Shown one piece after another: positions 16,881-26,833 of a stretch of DNA of 40,887 bases. The DNA is taken from IMG/VR virus record IMGVR_UViG_3300045988_136193. One strand, written 5' to 3'. Position numbers and translations under genes: made by a program. Positions within the stretch are counted from its first letter, which is position 1. Each line of letters starts with the position of its first letter. The notes beneath the pieces are model-generated. The model did not search any database. It was not told the origin of the DNA and saw only the letters and a list, made by a program, of their open reading frames with translations. This stretch comes from a virus.

Positions 16881-18616
16881 TATTTTTGCCCTCCAAATTG
16901 TTTATATTTTTCGTAACTCACTTCTTCAATCGTGCCGTCAGCGCGCACTAAGCCGTATTTACCGCTTGCCGCGTCATACGCAGTGCCTTTGTAGCGTGTA
17001 TCACTAACCGGTGTGCCAAGCCTTGAATTATCAATATTGTTGGTGTTGCCATAAAGATTGCCGCCGTCCAGCACCTTGTTAGGCTGTTGCTGTTCCGGCA
17101 TACCCGATAAAAAGCTAAATCTGTCATTTGCCATTTGCCGTATTGTGGTATCTTGTGCATTTTTGAAAAGAGCGCGTTTTTGTGCGCCGTCCTCAAGCGC
17201 CACCACATCAGCTACGCTGTTTAGTCCGTTGGCTTGCGCCGTTTTTAGAAGATTACTATTATAAAGTTGATAAGCCTTAACACTAATACGCGCATTGTTT
17301 ACCGCATCTTGTTTCAAGTCAGCCGAAAGGTTTTTGCCTTTTTTATTACGCTTAGCAATTTGTTTAGTATTTTTCAGCCAGCCATTATTTTCCAAGTAAT
17401 TTTTAACCTCACTCATACCCAAATCACTGGTAAACCAGCCAAAGTTATCAGTGGATAGTTTATCAATTTGCCGTCCCCACGTATCGTTTAATGGCATAAT
17501 TATTTGATCCAAAACTTTTTTACCCTCCGCAACACTCATAGCCTTAACAGATAAGGCGCTATAAATTTTATTTTGTAGTTTCGCATAGTCCTCAGGTTTT
17601 GCCTCAGCGTTACTGGTAATTTGGGCAATTTCGTCATAAAGATTTTCTTTAATCATCACCTTTTCTGTTTCGTCCGGCTGTATCAATTTGCCGTAACCGT
17701 TCAAAGATTTTATTAGGCTTTTATACTCTTTGCTCGCCCCTTTAGGCATACGGCGGTTAATTTCCGCAATAGAAAGATTATTTGTTGCGCTTTGATTCAA
17801 TAAATCATATTCGCTATGCAGTTGATTAAAGGTGTCCAAATACTCTTTTTGCTTACGTAAGCCCTGTATTTTGGCTTTTGCAAAGTCTTTGAGTTGCTGT
17901 TTTTCCTTTTCATCGCTAACGTTGGCAGTGATAGCGTCCAGTGCCGCATTAACTTCATCGTCCCCCCAATCCTCCGGCGAGCTATCCAAAAAGTTATTAA
18001 CACTTGCCGCGGTTCTTTTTTTATTGTAATCCTCAAGGGCAACATCATACTCATACCGGCTAATAGAGCCGTCATTAAGCATACCACCCAAATCAGCACG
18101 CACGCGGTTATCAATTTCAGCCGCATAAGCTGGGTTGGCGCTTGCCGCCATTTCCGCCGCCTTATCGCGCTCACGAGCGGCGCGTAATCTGTTTTCACGT
18201 TGCAAATCTTGAGTTTGTCTAAAACGCAGGTTAAGTATTGTCTCTTTATCGTCCAGCGCGGTCATTGATTGATATTCTTTTGCAAAACGGCTATCAATAT
18301 TTTTCCCATATTTTTTATTTATTTTATCCATTGCTTTCTCATAAGCCGCCAAACGCATACGCGGCTCAGCAATGGCGTTTGCCTCATTTAGCGCGTTTTT
18401 CTGTTCCAAAGCACGGTTCGTATAGTCCTCGTTCATATCACGCTTAGCCGCCTCATAATCAGCTTTTGCATATACATCAGCAACTTGCGTGCCAAAGTTA
18501 GTAAGATTTTTAGCCAATTCAGCAGTTGCGTCATATTTCTCAACATAATGTTGTGTTGGGTTCATAGAGGTCGGGTTTGCCCTAACTTGCTGTGTATATG
18601 TATTATTTAAAGCCAT
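16880..18616 (-). CDS. Internal virion / ejection protein (T7 gp15-like position), coiled-coil rich
   Basis: A GGAG RBS precedes the gene. It lies in the structural operon between the tail-tube genes and the giant protein. No enzymatic motifs were recognised. Confidence 0.5.
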   Translation of the reverse strand: MALNNTYTQQVRANPTSMNPTQHYVEKYDATAELAKNLTNFGTQVADVYAKADYEAAKRDMNEDYTNRALEQKNALNEANAIAEPRMRLAAYEKAMDKINKKYGKNIDSRFAKEYQSMTALDDKETILNLRFRQTQDLQRENRLRAARERDKAAEMAASANPAYAAEIDNRVRADLGGMLNDGSISRYEYDVALEDYNKKRTAASVNNFLDSSPEDWGDDEVNAALDAITANVSDEKEKQQLKDFAKAKIQGLRKQKEYLDTFNQLHSEYDLLNQSATNNLSIAEINRRMPKGASKEYKSLIKSLNGYGKLIQPDETEKVMIKENLYDEIAQITSNAEAKPEDYAKLQNKIYSALSVKAMSVAEGKKVLDQIIMPLNDTWGRQIDKLSTDNFGWFTSDLGMSEVKNYLENNGWLKNTKQIAKRNKKGKNLSADLKQDAVNNARISVKAYQLYNSNLLKTAQANGLNSVADVVALEDGAQKRALFKNAQDTTIRQMANDRFSFLSGMPEQQQPNKVLDGGNLYGNTNNIDNSRLGTPVSDTRYKGTAYDAASGKYGLVRADGTIEEVSYEKYKQFGGQK

Positions 18617-18627
18617 ATCGTTTACTC

Positions 18628-19125
18628 CTATTCATTAAACAAGCCGCCAGCCGAGGCAGTCCCCATTGCACTGCTAGCGCCGTTGATAATAGCGTTTAAC
18701 CATCTGTTCTTTTTAGCGGCTTTAGCGTTTGCCAATAATTGTGCCGCCTCGCTTCTTGATTTTTGCGCCTCATACATCGTAGCTACATAAGCAGTATGAT
18801 TATTATAGCGAGCCATCATATTATCAAGTTCAGCCTCTTGTTCTGAGCGCATTTGCACATCAATTAGTGTACCGCCTGTTATACCGCTTTGTGCCGTAGT
18901 AGCGCGCAATCTTGAAAGCTCCAAATCGCGCGCTTTTCTATCCATATCCTCATTATAAGCGTCCGCGTTGGCTTGTGCCGCCGCGTTGCCCTCATAAATA
19001 TCACCCTCTAAATTTTTTAAGGCGGCTTGTTGTTTCAACTGTTTAATTTGCGAGTTGGTTTGAATCAGACTATTTGCAAAATTCAATCCAAAACTTGCCG
19101 CCGCCGCTAATGCCGCACCACTCAT
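18628..19125 (-). CDS. Small internal virion protein (gp13/14-like position)
   Basis: A GGAGG RBS precedes the gene. The protein is Ala/Gln-rich and helical. Assignment rests on synteny. Confidence 0.45.
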   Translation of the reverse strand: MSGAALAAAASFGLNFANSLIQTNSQIKQLKQQAALKNLEGDIYEGNAAAQANADAYNEDMDRKARDLELSRLRATTAQSGITGGTLIDVQMRSEQEAELDNMMARYNNHTAYVATMYEAQKSRSEAAQLLANAKAAKKNRWLNAIINGASSAMGTASAGGLFNE

Positions 19126-19136
19126 ATTTAGCCTCC

Positions 19137-21419
19137 TTAATAAATTTCAAATTCAAAAACGATTGCCTGCAATGTAAAAGGCAACGGATACGGTTGCACA
19201 AATATAAGTTGCTCCGCCTCCTCATAGTCCCCATTAAACGGTGAAAGCTCAATATCACCGCTAAATAACGGTATCGGATTGTCTAAGTTATCACCTCCGG
19301 AGCGTGTCAAAGCGTCCTTGAGGCTGTCCATAGTATCACCAAACATACCGCCCATAGAGTTATAAACCCTAAAGCCAATTTGATTTATGCGCTTTTTCCG
19401 CGCCCTTGCGCTACTTTCACCATCCCCCTCCATAGAGGTTGGGATAATAACGCCTTTATATGGTAAGCCCACAATCGCAATTTTACTTTGCGTTTGCAGG
19501 GTAACCGTCCATTTTCCATTAACTTGCTTAACTTCTTGCTCCGGTTCAATACCACCCTCAGATACAATACTTACCGTGCGCCCTGCTAAATGATCTAAGC
19601 CGGTATTGATAACACTAAACGCCGTATTGGAGGTATAAACATTGCTTGCGTCCAAATAACAAGCCTCTTTTTGTGCCTCCAATAAACTATCAATACAATA
19701 TTGTTTATATTCCTTAGCTGTATTGAAATCGGCTATTGTCTTTGAGAAAAAGCCTTGAAACGGATTTTGCAAAAATTCAAGTCCATAGTTATCAACACTT
19801 GCGCCATTTATAATACGTTTGCGCTTAACACATAAGGCAAGGTTAGCGCTATCCGCGGCAATACTTTTAATTTCACCGTCCGTTTTAATTCTATACCAAG
19901 CCAAGCCCTCTTGTGCCGGATTATACAAGCAACACGAAAGTGCGCCGTTACTTTTCAGACAATAGATAACATCAAATGGTTCTTTAATATGCACCATATC
20001 TGTTATACCCTCAACGCAAATGTGCTTTGCATAGGTTTGTATTGTATCACTATCATATTGATAATTGCTTGCATTATAAGCAAGTGTGCTGGTGTCCGTG
20101 CCGGTAATATCAACAAACACAAATCTTTGCCCAATCCGCACCGGTTGAATCATTCGGCAACCATCGTGCGTTTGTTCAAACGAACGGCAGTTGCTAACAT
20201 AAAACAAATCACTGGTGTTGCTTTCTCCGATTGCTACAATATTAACGTCCGTGCCGCAAATTAAATCTTTTGCACTTTCCAGCCATTTAATAGAGCCGAC
20301 ACTCACACCGCTTGAAACATTAAAGCTAAAGCCTGTTTCATAGGTAATAGCACCAAAATCCTTTTCCTTAAAACTCTCAAAATCATCAGTCCAACTAAAC
20401 CATATACGGTTATCACGTGCCACACAAAGCCGCTCACGATGAAAACAACCACAAGTCGGATAACCATATTCTTCACACCAACTGCCAAATTTCCATTTCC
20501 AAGTTTTACGCGTCTCACCAACGGCGGCAAACGGTATAGGTAACAGCACCTTAACCACACAACTTTTACCGTCTTGTGAAATAGATTTTATTTTGCCTAT
20601 ACCATAACCGCAATCTTCATAAACCCAATTTAATTTTCCGTCTGTTGCTGTTCCCTCAGTATGTTTTGGCGCGGTATCGCCGGTTGTGCCAGCCGCGGCG
20701 GCGCGGTATGTTTTATAATTAACCACAACACGTTGACCTGCTGTAACACTTTTACCCTCAGCCCAGCTGTAAATTTCATTAAAATTGATAGGTTCAATAT
20801 AAAACAAACCGCCGATATGTCCGGCTTTGAATATTGCTTTATTTGCCGTAATAACTACATTATCGCCGGTTTGCGCACTTGCATAAACCCTATCCTCACT
20901 TTCAGTGTTTAAATCCTCAAATCCGCCGTCCTCAGCATAATCAACCTCATTGAGCGAAAAAGAGCCGTTGGCATTACGCTCCAAACGTTGCACCGGATAT
21001 TTTTTTTGAGTTTGAAACAAATAAACCACATCACCGGATTGTGCGCTTTTTAATGCTGGTGTTCCTCTATTATCAAATAAATCAGCCAAAATGTATGGCG
21101 TTGTTAATTCTAATGGGTTATTGTTACCGTCTTTAAGTTGCACCCCATCACGATAAAACCGAACATAACGGTTGCCAAACTCCAATACATAAACATCGGT
21201 ATCATTATAAGCAAAGCGCATAAGTAGTGTTTCCGTATTGTTTTTTGTTTTGCTTACATAATCCATACCGCCCCTAAAATATGCCGCGCCCTGTATGGTG
21301 AGTAGCATATTATCACAAACGCGACAACCGCTATTGACTTTTGTAACATCATCACGCCCATACAAATCAGGACTAACCTCACCGGCATTAAAGGCTCGTA
21401 AAACTCTTTTTTGTACCAT
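19137..21419 (-). CDS. Putative tail tubular/nozzle protein B (T7 gp12-like position)
   Basis: The protein is 760 aa and beta-rich. It follows the 214-aa gene with TAAATG stop/start adjacency. The call rests on synteny and size only. Confidence 0.4.
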   Translation of the reverse strand: MVQKRVLRAFNAGEVSPDLYGRDDVTKVNSGCRVCDNMLLTIQGAAYFRGGMDYVSKTKNNTETLLMRFAYNDTDVYVLEFGNRYVRFYRDGVQLKDGNNNPLELTTPYILADLFDNRGTPALKSAQSGDVVYLFQTQKKYPVQRLERNANGSFSLNEVDYAEDGGFEDLNTESEDRVYASAQTGDNVVITANKAIFKAGHIGGLFYIEPINFNEIYSWAEGKSVTAGQRVVVNYKTYRAAAAGTTGDTAPKHTEGTATDGKLNWVYEDCGYGIGKIKSISQDGKSCVVKVLLPIPFAAVGETRKTWKWKFGSWCEEYGYPTCGCFHRERLCVARDNRIWFSWTDDFESFKEKDFGAITYETGFSFNVSSGVSVGSIKWLESAKDLICGTDVNIVAIGESNTSDLFYVSNCRSFEQTHDGCRMIQPVRIGQRFVFVDITGTDTSTLAYNASNYQYDSDTIQTYAKHICVEGITDMVHIKEPFDVIYCLKSNGALSCCLYNPAQEGLAWYRIKTDGEIKSIAADSANLALCVKRKRIINGASVDNYGLEFLQNPFQGFFSKTIADFNTAKEYKQYCIDSLLEAQKEACYLDASNVYTSNTAFSVINTGLDHLAGRTVSIVSEGGIEPEQEVKQVNGKWTVTLQTQSKIAIVGLPYKGVIIPTSMEGDGESSARARKKRINQIGFRVYNSMGGMFGDTMDSLKDALTRSGGDNLDNPIPLFSGDIELSPFNGDYEEAEQLIFVQPYPLPFTLQAIVFEFEIY

Positions 21420-22061
21420 TTACTCTACTCCCCATTCGTCAACAATACGTCCTCTAAGCCAGTTGCCAGTTGGTTTTGGTCTAAGCGGTATTTCAAGCGC
21501 ATTACATCTTAGCGCGTCATCTAACGCGCCTTGTTTCAAACGGCGCAGTTCTTCAAGGGCGCTTGTACTTTGTTTGATTCTTTCGCAACATTCAATCGCT
21601 AAATCCAACGCCAAAACTTTACAAAAACAAGCGTCATAGCTTGTTACATCTTCATTTCTATACTTATATTCAATAATCAGCGGCGGTTGATAGCGTGTAT
21701 AAATTTTATTGCCGCGGATTTTATAAAACGGTGCGTAGCGTTCTGTTAATTCAACGCCTGAATATCCGGTAAATCTATCGTTAATGGTGATAATACCCAA
21801 GCAATCGCTAGGGGTTTGATAAACATATTTATAATCTTGATATAAAATACTTTCGCTTTCTTCTAAAAAAGCCGCCGTATCTCTTTTTATGCAACAATTC
21901 CAATTATAAGCACGTATCAAATTATCACGCACCAAACGGTATGCCGCACTCATTTCCTCAGCGGTATTTGTTTTATCGTCAGCAGAAATATTATGTTTTC
22001 CACCCAAAGCGCGGATTGCCGCGTTAATAACGTCCAATTCTGTTGTAAATGTTGCACTCAT
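21420..22061 (-). CDS. Putative tail tubular protein A / adaptor (gp11-like position)
   Basis: An ATG at 22061 follows a GGAGG RBS; the track start at 22100 is TTG. The conserved 100-bp leader lies upstream. The call rests on synteny. Confidence 0.4.
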   Translation of the reverse strand: MSATFTTELDVINAAIRALGGKHNISADDKTNTAEEMSAAYRLVRDNLIRAYNWNCCIKRDTAAFLEESESILYQDYKYVYQTPSDCLGIITINDRFTGYSGVELTERYAPFYKIRGNKIYTRYQPPLIIEYKYRNEDVTSYDACFCKVLALDLAIECCERIKQSTSALEELRRLKQGALDDALRCNALEIPLRPKPTGNWLRGRIVDEWGVE

Positions 22062-22165
22062 TAAAGCCTCCAAATAGGGGATATTTATGCCCCTTAACAA
22101 GTTGTTAAAATTTGTTTTGCGCCGTTAGTTTTTCGCAGGTGTAGCGCCATCTACATCAAGAAAAG
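22062..22165 (-). promoter_or_regulatory. Conserved ~100-bp leader element, copy A, upstream of the tube-A-like gene
   Basis: The sequence is about 93% identical to 26711-26813. It ends in ggaggcttta-ATG and contains the hairpin aagggg-N9-cccct just 5' of the SD. Confidence 0.6.
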
Positions 22166-22185
22166 AGGGGGTTTACGCCCCCTCT
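22164..22185 (-). terminator. Rho-independent terminator after gene 22191-22553
   Basis: An 8-bp stem agaggggg/ccccctct with a 6-nt loop is followed by ttttctt on the minus strand. Confidence 0.55.
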
Positions 22186-22190
22186 AAAGT

Positions 22191-22553
22191 TTAGTTGTCA
22201 GATTTTTTCCCCTTAGCATCGCCGTTCGGCTTAACTTCTTCGCCGTTTCCAGTAGTTACAACCGCTGGAGCGGCAAGTTTAGCCTCAGCTTTGGCAATCT
22301 CAGCTTGCAAATTTTCCGGTGTTTTAGTGTGCCAGTTTGCAATTTTGAGTTCTTTGGCGCGCATTCTTAAAGCAACTTCGTCCTCTTTGCTAATAGTAGC
22401 ACCTGTTTTGGTGTTATTAACAGTAGGTTTAGAGCCGCCAATGCGTTCAAAGTTTGGGTTACTGTCCAACAGTGTACCAGCCTCAACTGTTTGTCCTTTG
22501 TGGTAAAACTTAAAGTTATAGACTGTATCATTTTTAGCAACGTACTCAACCAT
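22191..22553 (-). CDS. Hypothetical structural protein with a Lys-rich C-terminus
   Basis: A clean ORF in the head module. No motif was recognised. Confidence 0.4.
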   Translation of the reverse strand: MVEYVAKNDTVYNFKFYHKGQTVEAGTLLDSNPNFERIGGSKPTVNNTKTGATISKEDEVALRMRAKELKIANWHTKTPENLQAEIAKAEAKLAAPAVVTTGNGEEVKPNGDAKGKKSDN

Positions 22554-22575
22554 ATCTTACCTCCGTTTGTTATAA

Positions 22576-22956
22576 TTAACCAACGGTGTAAGGTATGATT
22601 TTTACCTTGCCGCTAATTGCGCTGTCATTGCTTGCAAAAGCAACTTTAGCATAGTCTTTTACATAAGACGGAAAGCCGATTTCGGCAATCACTTCACCCT
22701 CAGCAAAAGTGGTATCACCACTAATTGTACGAGTGTGAGAGCCGAGTGCGCTATAAGTGCCGTCAACCGTATCAGATTGTGTGGCGGTTAAGGTAACAGT
22801 TTTGCCGTCAGCAATCGTGCAACCTCCCTCACCAGCAACGCACATAGCAAATACGTGTCCAAGTGCGCCACCGACCATAATACCGCGAGTTGCCGCAACA
22901 GAGGCGGCCGCGGTTGCCTCATCAATAAAGTTTTCACCATAAAAACCTATTTTCAT
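22576..22956 (-). CDS. Hypothetical head-associated protein (decoration-like candidate)
   Basis: The ORF lies immediately downstream of the major capsid gene and its terminator. It is Gly/Ala/Thr-rich. Confidence 0.4.
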   Translation of the reverse strand: MKIGFYGENFIDEATAAASVAATRGIMVGGALGHVFAMCVAGEGGCTIADGKTVTLTATQSDTVDGTYSALGSHTRTISGDTTFAEGEVIAEIGFPSYVKDYAKVAFASNDSAISGKVKIIPYTVG

Positions 22957-22991
22957 ATTTTTATTCCTTTATAAATAAAGATTGAAATTAA

Positions 22992-23017
22992 AGGCGCACC
23001 GTTGATAAAGTGCGCCT
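22992..23017 (-). terminator. Terminator/attenuator downstream of the major capsid gene
   Basis: An 8-bp stem aggcgcac/gtgcgcct is followed on the minus strand by a T-rich tract. Confidence 0.5.
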
Positions 23018-23023
23018 ATTCAT

Positions 23024-24007
23024 TTACCACGGCATTACGTAGTTAGATTCAGTGCCGCGTAACATTGTGTTTGTGCCGATAAGCGGTATATCGTTCCATT
23101 CTTGAATAACGTTTTTAATCTTATCGTCAGCCAAGACAGTACGCAATTTTTCATACTTAAACTGTCCTAAGTGAGTTTTCATACTACGGCTCATAACAAG
23201 CACAGTATCAGTCGGATCTGCCTCAATTCTATCAAGCAAATCATCAATCATTGCCGCTGTAACATCTTTATTGTTAGCCGGATCAATATTGACAATCATA
23301 CCCAAACAATCAGGACGTGCAACTTGATAGCCTAAATAGGCTTTCCAAGTAGCCTCAAAACCGATTTTACCAGCGTCAGCACCGGTTGTGAGTTTATGAC
23401 GTTCACCGCCGTTCAGCCAATCCATAACCATTACTTCATCACTGTTTTCCCCAACAGGGCTGACAAGTCCGCAGTTTTCTTCTTTGTTTTGACGAATAGC
23501 CATAATAGAGTAGTTGGTATTGTTCGAGCCGCCAGCGTCAATGATTGTGCGCTTTGTAGCGTCAGTACCAATCAATTTATTGTAGGCAAATGATTTTTTA
23601 TAAAGATTTTCATAGATAAAGTTGCATTCAGTTGCTTTACCAGCGTCATTTAACACAATTGGTGTACGCTTAGCAAAGTAGATTTCAGCGGCTTTGCCTC
23701 CGTCTTTAGTGTTATTGGCAATCAAAATAGCTTTTTCTTCCGATACGCTCATTTCGCCAGCCAATACGCCTAAACGTTCCTGTTTCATAATGGTTTTAAT
23801 ATCCATAACAACGTTTGGAGCGTCAAATTCACGGAAAGAAGCACCGCTTACGCCAGCAACTTCTTCGTATTGATTAAATAGACCGTGAGTAGCAGTCATA
23901 AACGGGACAGTCTGCAAAAATTTCAACTCTTTCATAAAGCTGTTAATCAGCATCTGCTGAGTTTTACTGTAACTCAAGGCCACTTGCTGTAATGTATCAT
24001 TACTCAT
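23024..24007 (-). CDS. Major capsid protein
   Basis: The protein is 327 aa. It follows an acidic scaffold-like gene, with an AAGGAAAA RBS and a terminator hairpin between scaffold and capsid. A strong terminator lies after it. The call is by position and size. Confidence 0.55.
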   Translation of the reverse strand: MSNDTLQQVALSYSKTQQMLINSFMKELKFLQTVPFMTATHGLFNQYEEVAGVSGASFREFDAPNVVMDIKTIMKQERLGVLAGEMSVSEEKAILIANNTKDGGKAAEIYFAKRTPIVLNDAGKATECNFIYENLYKKSFAYNKLIGTDATKRTIIDAGGSNNTNYSIMAIRQNKEENCGLVSPVGENSDEVMVMDWLNGGERHKLTTGADAGKIGFEATWKAYLGYQVARPDCLGMIVNIDPANNKDVTAAMIDDLLDRIEADPTDTVLVMSRSMKTHLGQFKYEKLRTVLADDKIKNVIQEWNDIPLIGTNTMLRGTESNYVMPW

Positions 24008-24020
24008 TTAGTTTTTCCTT

Positions 24021-24050
24021 GTTAAAAAATATGGAGGCGTTATTGCCTCC
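24021..24050 (-). terminator. Hairpin plus T-run between the scaffold and capsid genes (partial terminator)
   Basis: A stem ggaggc/gcctcc is followed by atattttttaac on the minus strand. Confidence 0.4.
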
Positions 24051-24072
24051 AGTTGATAAAAAGCATATTTCA

Positions 24073-24708
24073 TTAACCGCGTTTGCGTGAAATATACCCC
24101 AGAAGGCTCTCACTATCTTCACTGTTGCCGCCGCTAATGCCGCTATAATCGGTTTGAGTTTTACCCAACAGTATCATCATAGAGAGTGCCGCCTCCACTC
24201 CGATTGCCTCGGAGAGTCCTCTTAATTTGTCCTGATCCAGTTTCATTAAGGACAATCCTTTATTCATCAGGCTTTCATTTTCTTTTTTACTTTCGCCCCA
24301 ACTATCAACTACTTTGTTGTAGCCATCAGTAAAGGTTTGTTTGGCTTGTGCCTCATCAGCCGCCATAACCTCAGCCACATTTTGCACTATTGTTTTTGCG
24401 GCAATAGGATCTAATTGGCATTTATGAATAAAGTTAATTAAACTTTTTTGTTCGTCTGTATCCATCGGCAAGCCATAACCGCTTGCGTCATCAGGATAAC
24501 CACACGATTTTCTAAAAGCTAAAACCGCGTTTGCATCGTCAGCGTTCGGATAAACTAAACCCCCAGTGTTTTTATCATCACTAGGGGTTTCAGTTTCTTT
24601 TCCGCCGGTTGATTCCGGTAATGTTGTATTATCCGCCGGTGGAGTTTCCGGCGGTGTAATTTGCTCGATTGTACCGTCAGTAACATTTTCGTTTTCATTA
24701 TCAGCCAT
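24073..24708 (-). CDS. Scaffolding protein (acidic)
   Basis: The N-terminus is acidic, low-complexity and Pro/Thr/Glu-rich. The gene lies between the portal and the capsid. Confidence 0.5.
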   Translation of the reverse strand: MADNENENVTDGTIEQITPPETPPADNTTLPESTGGKETETPSDDKNTGGLVYPNADDANAVLAFRKSCGYPDDASGYGLPMDTDEQKSLINFIHKCQLDPIAAKTIVQNVAEVMAADEAQAKQTFTDGYNKVVDSWGESKKENESLMNKGLSLMKLDQDKLRGLSEAIGVEAALSMMILLGKTQTDYSGISGGNSEDSESLLGYISRKRG

Positions 24709-24710
24709 AT

Positions 24711-24977
24711 TTAAGCTCCTAAATATTGTTTAACAATTTGCTCCACAGGTGTATTGATAAAATAATCAATTCTCTCAAGCACCGTAGCGCGCCCAGTAGC
24801 CACCAGTACCTTGCTTGTGTCAAGGTTCGGTGTTATTTTTCCGCTCATATCCGTTGGTATGGATAATTGGCAGAAATTTCTCAAATCTTGCATAACAACC
24901 TTGTTCTTTGCCAGCTCAGTATAAGCCGCTTTCAGTTGTTCAACTGCAATCTTCACATCTTCTTTAATATTCGCCAT
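24711..24977 (-). CDS. Hypothetical small protein between the portal and scaffold genes
   Basis: A clean 88-aa ORF. Confidence 0.4.
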   Translation of the reverse strand: MANIKEDVKIAVEQLKAAYTELAKNKVVMQDLRNFCQLSIPTDMSGKITPNLDTSKVLVATGRATVLERIDYFINTPVEQIVKQYLGA

Positions 24978-24991
24978 TTCAAAACCTTTTG

Positions 24992-26710
24992 CTAATAGTT
25001 TCCACTTGCCAGCTTATTATCATAACGAGCGCTCACGTCACCGGCAACGTTCGCCGCGCCGCTATCAATAGCAGACGCTATTGCCGCCGCATTGTCAGCC
25101 TCAGCCTGTTGTTCTGCCAAATCATTATAGTCATCTTCGGCAAGCAGGTGATCCGCAGGCATACCGTTTGCACTTGCCATTGTGGTTAAACATTTATAAC
25201 TCTTAAAAGCCAATGGTATATGCCGGTCAAAGTTAGACAATCCGATAGCGGCTTGCATTGTGGTTGCAATACCGTTTGCCTTAATCAATTCTTGTGCCTT
25301 ATGCTGTTCACCCTCATATTGAATAGCCGCATACGGCTCATCAGAATCCATTAACGCTTGTAATTCCTCAGGCATATTATCAGGCAATTTGCCTTGCCGT
25401 TTCATAATATCCAACTCACGCGCAACCATCGGATCTAATAGTTCGTTTTCAATCGGGAATACGTTAATACTCATAATCATTGCACGTTCAGAGGCACGTT
25501 GGTTTATTTCAGTTGCCGTCATTTTGCCTTCTTGATAATACATCATATAGAGCGGCACGAGGTAAAAATCCTCAATACCTTTATTGACAAGCTCCTCCAT
25601 TTCAACACCAAGCCGTGTATTATCGCCGGTTTGTAATGGTTTTAAAAGTTCTCGCCCCTCACTATCAAGTGTGCCAGCCATAATAGCACCGGCAACCGGC
25701 ATTAAACCACCAAAAGCCGCATCGTTCCGAGCCAAAAGAGGGGGATCAACAGCTTTTTCAGCGGCTTCAATCGTTGATTTTCTAACGCGTTGCAACATCT
25801 TAATATCGGGTAAAGCCTCTAAAGATGGTGAGTTTGAATAAATATCATAATCCAACTCTTGATAACGCGTAAACATATAAGGGCAGGTGAAAAACTTGCC
25901 GCTATCCAAAACCGCCGGTTTATTCATATCATTAAGGATAAGATAAGACTTGTAGCGATATTTTGTAACAATCTTAGTGCCATCAGGACGCTCCAAGATG
26001 TCTTTATATTTATCTATTTCCTCTTTGGTTAATTTGCATACAACGTGGATAAGGCTCAATTCACAAAACTTATTTGCCTTAATTTTACTCCACACCTCAG
26101 ATGGTATAACCTTTTCCGGTTCAATACCTTTATTTTTTAATGTTTCGCAAACTTCCCAACCGCTTTTAATCACCTTACGGAAACAGGTTTTAATTGTGCC
26201 ATCTTTGTATAAAACAGGATAAAAGTCTTTAATATTAACCGATTCGTATGTTGCGCCATCACCATCTTTATCTTCATCAACAAACATCACACCCAAGCCA
26301 AGTTTGCCATATCCGCGCCAAGTTTTAATAATAGCCTTATTAAATCCGGCGTTTGGACGGTAACGCATTTCAAAAACAGCGTCCGTTAGTCTTTCCAACC
26401 AACTTGTAACCTTTTGATTATCTTTTAATCTGTTTAGCGGCGCGGTAAATCTGTGCCAGCGTTGATTATTTGGCGTAACCGTAGATTGCAAAGCCGCTAC
26501 AAACTTTGGTAATGCCCTTTGTGCGGTAGTTGAGTAAATCTTATCATTCCACACCTTTTTAGCCGCATACTTTTTGGTGATAAAAGCATTAGCAGGATCT
26601 ATCATTTCCATAATCGTTTGCCATACAGACTCTAACGGCTTACGATTATTTTCCAGTTTGCCTAAATCTTTAATGTATTCTTGCGCCTGTTCTTTGTTGA
26701 TTTCAAACAT
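24992..26710 (-). CDS. Portal (head-tail connector) protein
   Basis: The protein is 572 aa with an acidic C-terminus. It is the first large gene after the terminase block. It carries a GGAGG RBS and the conserved leader upstream. Confidence 0.55.
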   Translation of the reverse strand: MFEINKEQAQEYIKDLGKLENNRKPLESVWQTIMEMIDPANAFITKKYAAKKVWNDKIYSTTAQRALPKFVAALQSTVTPNNQRWHRFTAPLNRLKDNQKVTSWLERLTDAVFEMRYRPNAGFNKAIIKTWRGYGKLGLGVMFVDEDKDGDGATYESVNIKDFYPVLYKDGTIKTCFRKVIKSGWEVCETLKNKGIEPEKVIPSEVWSKIKANKFCELSLIHVVCKLTKEEIDKYKDILERPDGTKIVTKYRYKSYLILNDMNKPAVLDSGKFFTCPYMFTRYQELDYDIYSNSPSLEALPDIKMLQRVRKSTIEAAEKAVDPPLLARNDAAFGGLMPVAGAIMAGTLDSEGRELLKPLQTGDNTRLGVEMEELVNKGIEDFYLVPLYMMYYQEGKMTATEINQRASERAMIMSINVFPIENELLDPMVARELDIMKRQGKLPDNMPEELQALMDSDEPYAAIQYEGEQHKAQELIKANGIATTMQAAIGLSNFDRHIPLAFKSYKCLTTMASANGMPADHLLAEDDYNDLAEQQAEADNAAAIASAIDSGAANVAGDVSARYDNKLASGNY

Positions 26711-26813
26711 AAAGCCTCCATATAGGGGATATTTGCACCCCTTAACAAGTTATTAAAATTTGTTTTGCGCCGTTAGTTTTTCGCAGGTGTAGCGCCAACT
26801 ACATCAAGAAAAA
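26711..26813 (-). promoter_or_regulatory. Conserved ~100-bp leader element, copy B, upstream of the portal gene
   Basis: A near-identical copy of 22062-22165 with the same hairpin-SD-ATG arrangement. Confidence 0.6.
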
Positions 26814-26833
26814 GTAACAAGCAAGGCGAATGC

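Noticed and set aside
8319-16916. Numerous plus-strand ORFs of 60-165 aa inside the giant gene
   Set aside because: All are antisense to a continuous 9.1-kb ORF with a coherent protein sequence. They are low-complexity translations with no RBS.
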